From: Octopus sinensis
Lineage: Eukaryota
DNA length: 64,000 nt
Direction of reading: 5' to 3'
NCBI RefSeq assembly: GCF_006345805.1
Contig: NC_043022.1
Span: forward strand, 19,158,001 to 19,222,000
Shown here: in pieces, positions 60,027 through 64,000 of the stretch
Numbering within the stretch: the stretch's first letter is position 1
Layout of the letters: every line of letters starts with the position of its first letter
The notes under the pieces: generated by a model
Database searches by the model: none
Told to the model about the DNA's origin: nothing
The model's input: the letters and a program-made list of their open reading frames with translations, nothing else
Translations under genes and position numbers: made by a program

Positions 60027-60120
60027 TGCCGGTCAAGTAGTGTGGAGCGACTGACCTCCCTTGTTCGAGGGTTATATGGATACAGTTTGTGTATCAAATA
60101 GCTAAATTAAGGCGATGGCC

Positions 60121-60220
60121 NNNNNNNNNNNNNNNNNNNNNNNNNNNNNNNNNNNNNNNNNNNNNNNNNNNNNNNNNNNNNNNNNNNNNNNNNNNNNNNN
60201 NNNNNNNNNNNNNNNNNNNN
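60121..60220. other. Assembly gap (100 N)
   Basis: Run of N. Confidence 1.
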
Positions 60221-60885
60221 GTATATAATATATATATATATACATATATACATACATATACATATTGAAGTATATGTTTATGTATATATATATATGTATA
60301 TGTTAGTATATATATGTATGTGTATGTGTGAGTAAGCATACATACATACATACACACACATATATATATATGCATACATTCACAAATATATAGATATGCA
60401 TATATATATATGTTGAAGCAAAATCGATCCGCATTCCTAAATTGTCGTCTTGTAAAATGTGTGGCTTGGGTTTACAGGGTGGTGGGCGTCTCCTCTCCAA
60501 CTCTTCTTTCTCTTACAACTCTCCTTCTGTTCGTCACTCTCTCCAAATACCTCTACCCTCCCTCCAACACACCACCACCAAGACACCTGACTCTCTTCCA
60601 TCCCTCCCCCCTCTTCCCCATATCATCCCTTTAAACAACTCCTAAATCTCAGGTGTCGTGTCTCTCTAACCGCCTGACTCTCCCCCTGTAGCTGAACGAT
60701 ACCCTCCCCCCCTCTGCACTGTAGCATTCCCTCTTACCTCCACCCTTCCACCCTCACCGTTGTATAATGTTACCGTGGTGATTCACAACAGCGCCACCAG
60801 CCCAATATCTACCTTCTCCCCCCACCTCTGACTACTCCCCTCTCTGACCCCTCTGTTACTGCATCTTTATGTAAGTAGTGCCACT

Positions 60886-61055
60886 GATGATGATGACGAT
60901 GACAGCGATGATGATGAGACAATGATGGTTGTGATGATGATGACGATGATGATGATGTTGGTGGTGATGACAGTAATGAGCCGTGATAAAATGGTAGCGA
61001 TGATGGTGATGATGATGATAGTTATGATGGCAGTGATGGTAGTGATATGCATGTA

Positions 61056-61088
<33 letters not shown>

Positions 61089-61360
61089 GTGCTGGTGGTG
61101 GTGGTGGTGGTGGTGGTGGTGATGATGATGATGATGGTGATGGTGATGGCGATGATGATGATGATGATGGTGGTGAAGACGATGGTGTTTATGATGATGA
61201 TGATGATGGTGGTGAAAATGATGTCGGTGGTTGTGCTTATGATGGTGATGACGACGGTGGTGGTGGTGGCGGTGGGGGTGGTGGTAAAAACGATGATGAT
61301 GGTAATGATGGTGCTGACGATGATGACGATAATGATGATGATGACAGTGATTAACGAGGA
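60886..61360. repeat. (GAT/GGT)n trinucleotide tract
   Basis: Directly visible. Confidence 0.92.
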
Positions 61361-61669
61361 ATAAGTGTGCATCTGTGTAATTCGAGTGGTCACCTGATAC
61401 TGCTCTGCTACAGGTCTGAAGCACCCCCTTCACCCCTTCTCCCCTTCACCCCCCCAACTTCATCCTTAAGGGCTCAGACCTTGCTGCCTCCTCACCCCCC
61501 TCTTCCCCTCCACCACTCCTGTTGAATCATGGCAATCAATTGAGTGGGTGGTTAGTGGTAGTGGTGGTGGTGGTGGTGGTGGTGGTGGTGGTATTCTAGT
61601 AAGTGAGACGCCTGTCTGGATCCTGGATCCAAGAGCAGGGAATTTCCGTTTCGAAAAGTTATCTCCGGC

Positions 61670-62032
61670 GGAATGTATGTGTACGTTATATGTATATGTG
61701 TGTATATGTGTGTGTGTGTATGTGTGTGTGTGTGTGCGTGTGTGTGTGTGTGTGTGTATGTGTGTGTACGTGAAGTAATAGGTGAATATTTGCCCGAGTA
61801 TTTATGTTAATATGTATGTATGCTTCTATGTATTTATGTATGTATGTATGTATGTATGTGCAGGTATGTATGCATTTATCATCTAAGTATGTATGCACAT
61901 ATGTATGTATGTATGTATGTATATATGTATGTATATATGCATATAGAAGCAAATGAGATTGACTGTTTGCATGTTGCATTATGTGCTAAGCATGTACATG
62001 CATATATATATGTGTGTATAATATATATATAT

Positions 62033-62081
<49 letters not shown>

Positions 62082-62505
62082 GTATATATATATGTATATA
62101 TTTATGCTTGTGTGTGTGTGTGTGTGTGTGCTCTTTTCTAGGTGTCTACTGAAAAACCCATAACTCATCTTTTCTATCCACCCTCGCCCCACCCTCTGCA
62201 TCCAGACTACTTATACACAGATACACACACCCACACATTCATGCACACACACACATGCACACATGTGCACGTGTGTACACATATGCATGTGCACTTCACT
62301 CGCAAGCTCGCACATCCACGTTCACTCACACACACACACACTCATATGCCTATTCTCACGTATACACATACTCACTCCCATGCACGTACACACCTGCACA
62401 CAGACTCGCAAGCTCATATGTCTATCTTCACTCATACATGCACACACGCGCACACACACACACATTTTCAAGCTCATATATCTTTGCTTATACACACACA
62501 TGTGT

Positions 62506-62542
<37 letters not shown>

Positions 62543-62720
62543 AATGCGTGTTCACAAACACCTGCAAGCTCATATATCTATCTTCACTCATACATGCGTA
62601 AACACACACACACACACACACTCATACACACACACACTCATACACACACACTTGCAAGTGCATGTATCTTTGCTCATACACACACATGTGCAAACACACG
62701 CATGCGTGTGCACACGCATA
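61670..62720. repeat. Compound (TG)/(TATG)/(CA) low-complexity tract
   Basis: Directly visible. Confidence 0.85.
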
Positions 62721-63349
62721 CTTTCTGTGTCATCTCCCCCACTATTGTGAAATCCTCTCAGCTGGAGGTAACGGTTATCATCTGCAGCACAAAACTACTA
62801 GCACCACCTATCGGCTACAGAGGCTATTACGGCACGAGCAGAGGGCAGCAAGGGACAGCTAACACCCCCAGACAGTCACAGCTGGGCTGTATCGAATCAA
62901 AGCAACATCACTAACAACAAAAACAGTGGAGAAAATACAAGGTCACACTGCCTCTGTACGGTACCCCTGTCAGGGTACTCAGTTTGGCAGAGGTGTGGTC
63001 TAGCTGGACAGCTACATTTTTGGACCAATTGCTTATGCTATAGATGTATGTACTCGATGTGCATGGCCTAGGGTTATATAACAACACCAGCAGCAGCAGA
63101 AAAGCTATAGTGTCAGGCTCAACAGTGAACAGTATCTTACATACCCACCTGGCTACCCCTGCCAACCTGGATCTACTGCATGTTGGGGTTGTGTAGTTTG
63201 AACCTGAACTAGGAAGTTACACTGGTATGCTGTTTATCTGGAATGATAGTTGGACCAGGAGATGACATATTCTCCATGTGACCTGTTAATCCTTTGTTGT
63301 TTTGAGGTTATATAACGGGCCTGCTTGGATTAGAACTGGTTTGAGAAGT

Positions 63350-63700
63350 AAACAGCAACAACACAACAACAGCAGTAACAACAAGATTGTCCATAACAGC
63401 AAGTCTAGTAACAACTATAATAAGAAACTTGAACAAGAAAAACAACAACAAGCTACTGTAGTAACAACAACAACAACAACAACAGCAAGCCACAAAAGTA
63501 ATAACGACACCAACAACAACAACAGCAAACTACGACGGTAATACTCAACACCAATAGTAACAACAATTACAGCAACTATAACAGAAACAACAACAACAAT
63601 AGCAACAAAAACAGCAACAGTAACAACAACAAAAAATCAATCATAACAATCACATTTGCAAAAACAGAAGACATAACTAACAACAACCAGCATAAGCACA
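63350..63700. repeat. (CAA/CAG)n degenerate trinucleotide tract
   Basis: Directly visible. Confidence 0.9.
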
Positions 63701-64000
63701 ACAGCAAGATGCACCTCACAACACCGTGACACTGCATGCTTTATAGTAATGCACTGCATGTTAGGTTAGTGCAAGGTGTGCCTCAACTAGACTGTGACAC
63801 TGACTGGACCCTGCAGATTGTGTCTACTCATCTGTACGACCACCTTTGGGCTCTATCATCCGGTCTTTGAATGGGGTCAAAATAAAATTCCACTGTTTAT
63901 TTTCTAAGTATTTCTGGTGATAACGATAGATAGTTCAATGAGTGCCTTACTTTCACTTTCGGATTGCTAAAGTCAACAAACAACGATTGCCCCTCTACCA

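Noticed and set aside
60410-60860. C-rich segment after the gap as a LINE endonuclease region
   Set aside because: No diagnostic motif could be read; left unannotated.

Overview
AT-rich, microsatellite-dense animal nuclear DNA, most likely an octopod cephalopod. This rests on an embedded mitochondrial fragment that reads only in the invertebrate mitochondrial code, in the order nad4-trnH-nad5, and on tRNA-derived SINEs of the kind known from octopus. The only host gene I can support is the last two coding exons (1901-2046, 5544-5620, + strand) of a protein ending in a chitin-binding type-2 (peritrophin-A/CBM14) domain. The rest is mostly transposon-derived: RTE, CR1/L2-group and Tx1-like LINE fragments, a decayed Penelope-like element (RT + GIY-YIG), a near-intact Ty3/Gypsy-type LTR element, several Helitrons (PIF1 helicase fragments, TC...CTAG ends), Mariner fragments, MITEs and at least four SINE-like families. 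A 1.3-kb NUMT with open reading frames is flanked by a 29-bp direct repeat. The most striking signal is about a dozen type-I hammerhead-ribozyme-like motifs, mostly in short inserts next to (TA)n tracts. They show three alternative Watson-Crick versions of the core 3-8 pair (C-G, U-A, G-C), and nearby inverted repeats break close to the predicted cleavage sites. All calls are by eye, with no database search or folding run. Repeat boundaries are approximate unless termini are quoted.
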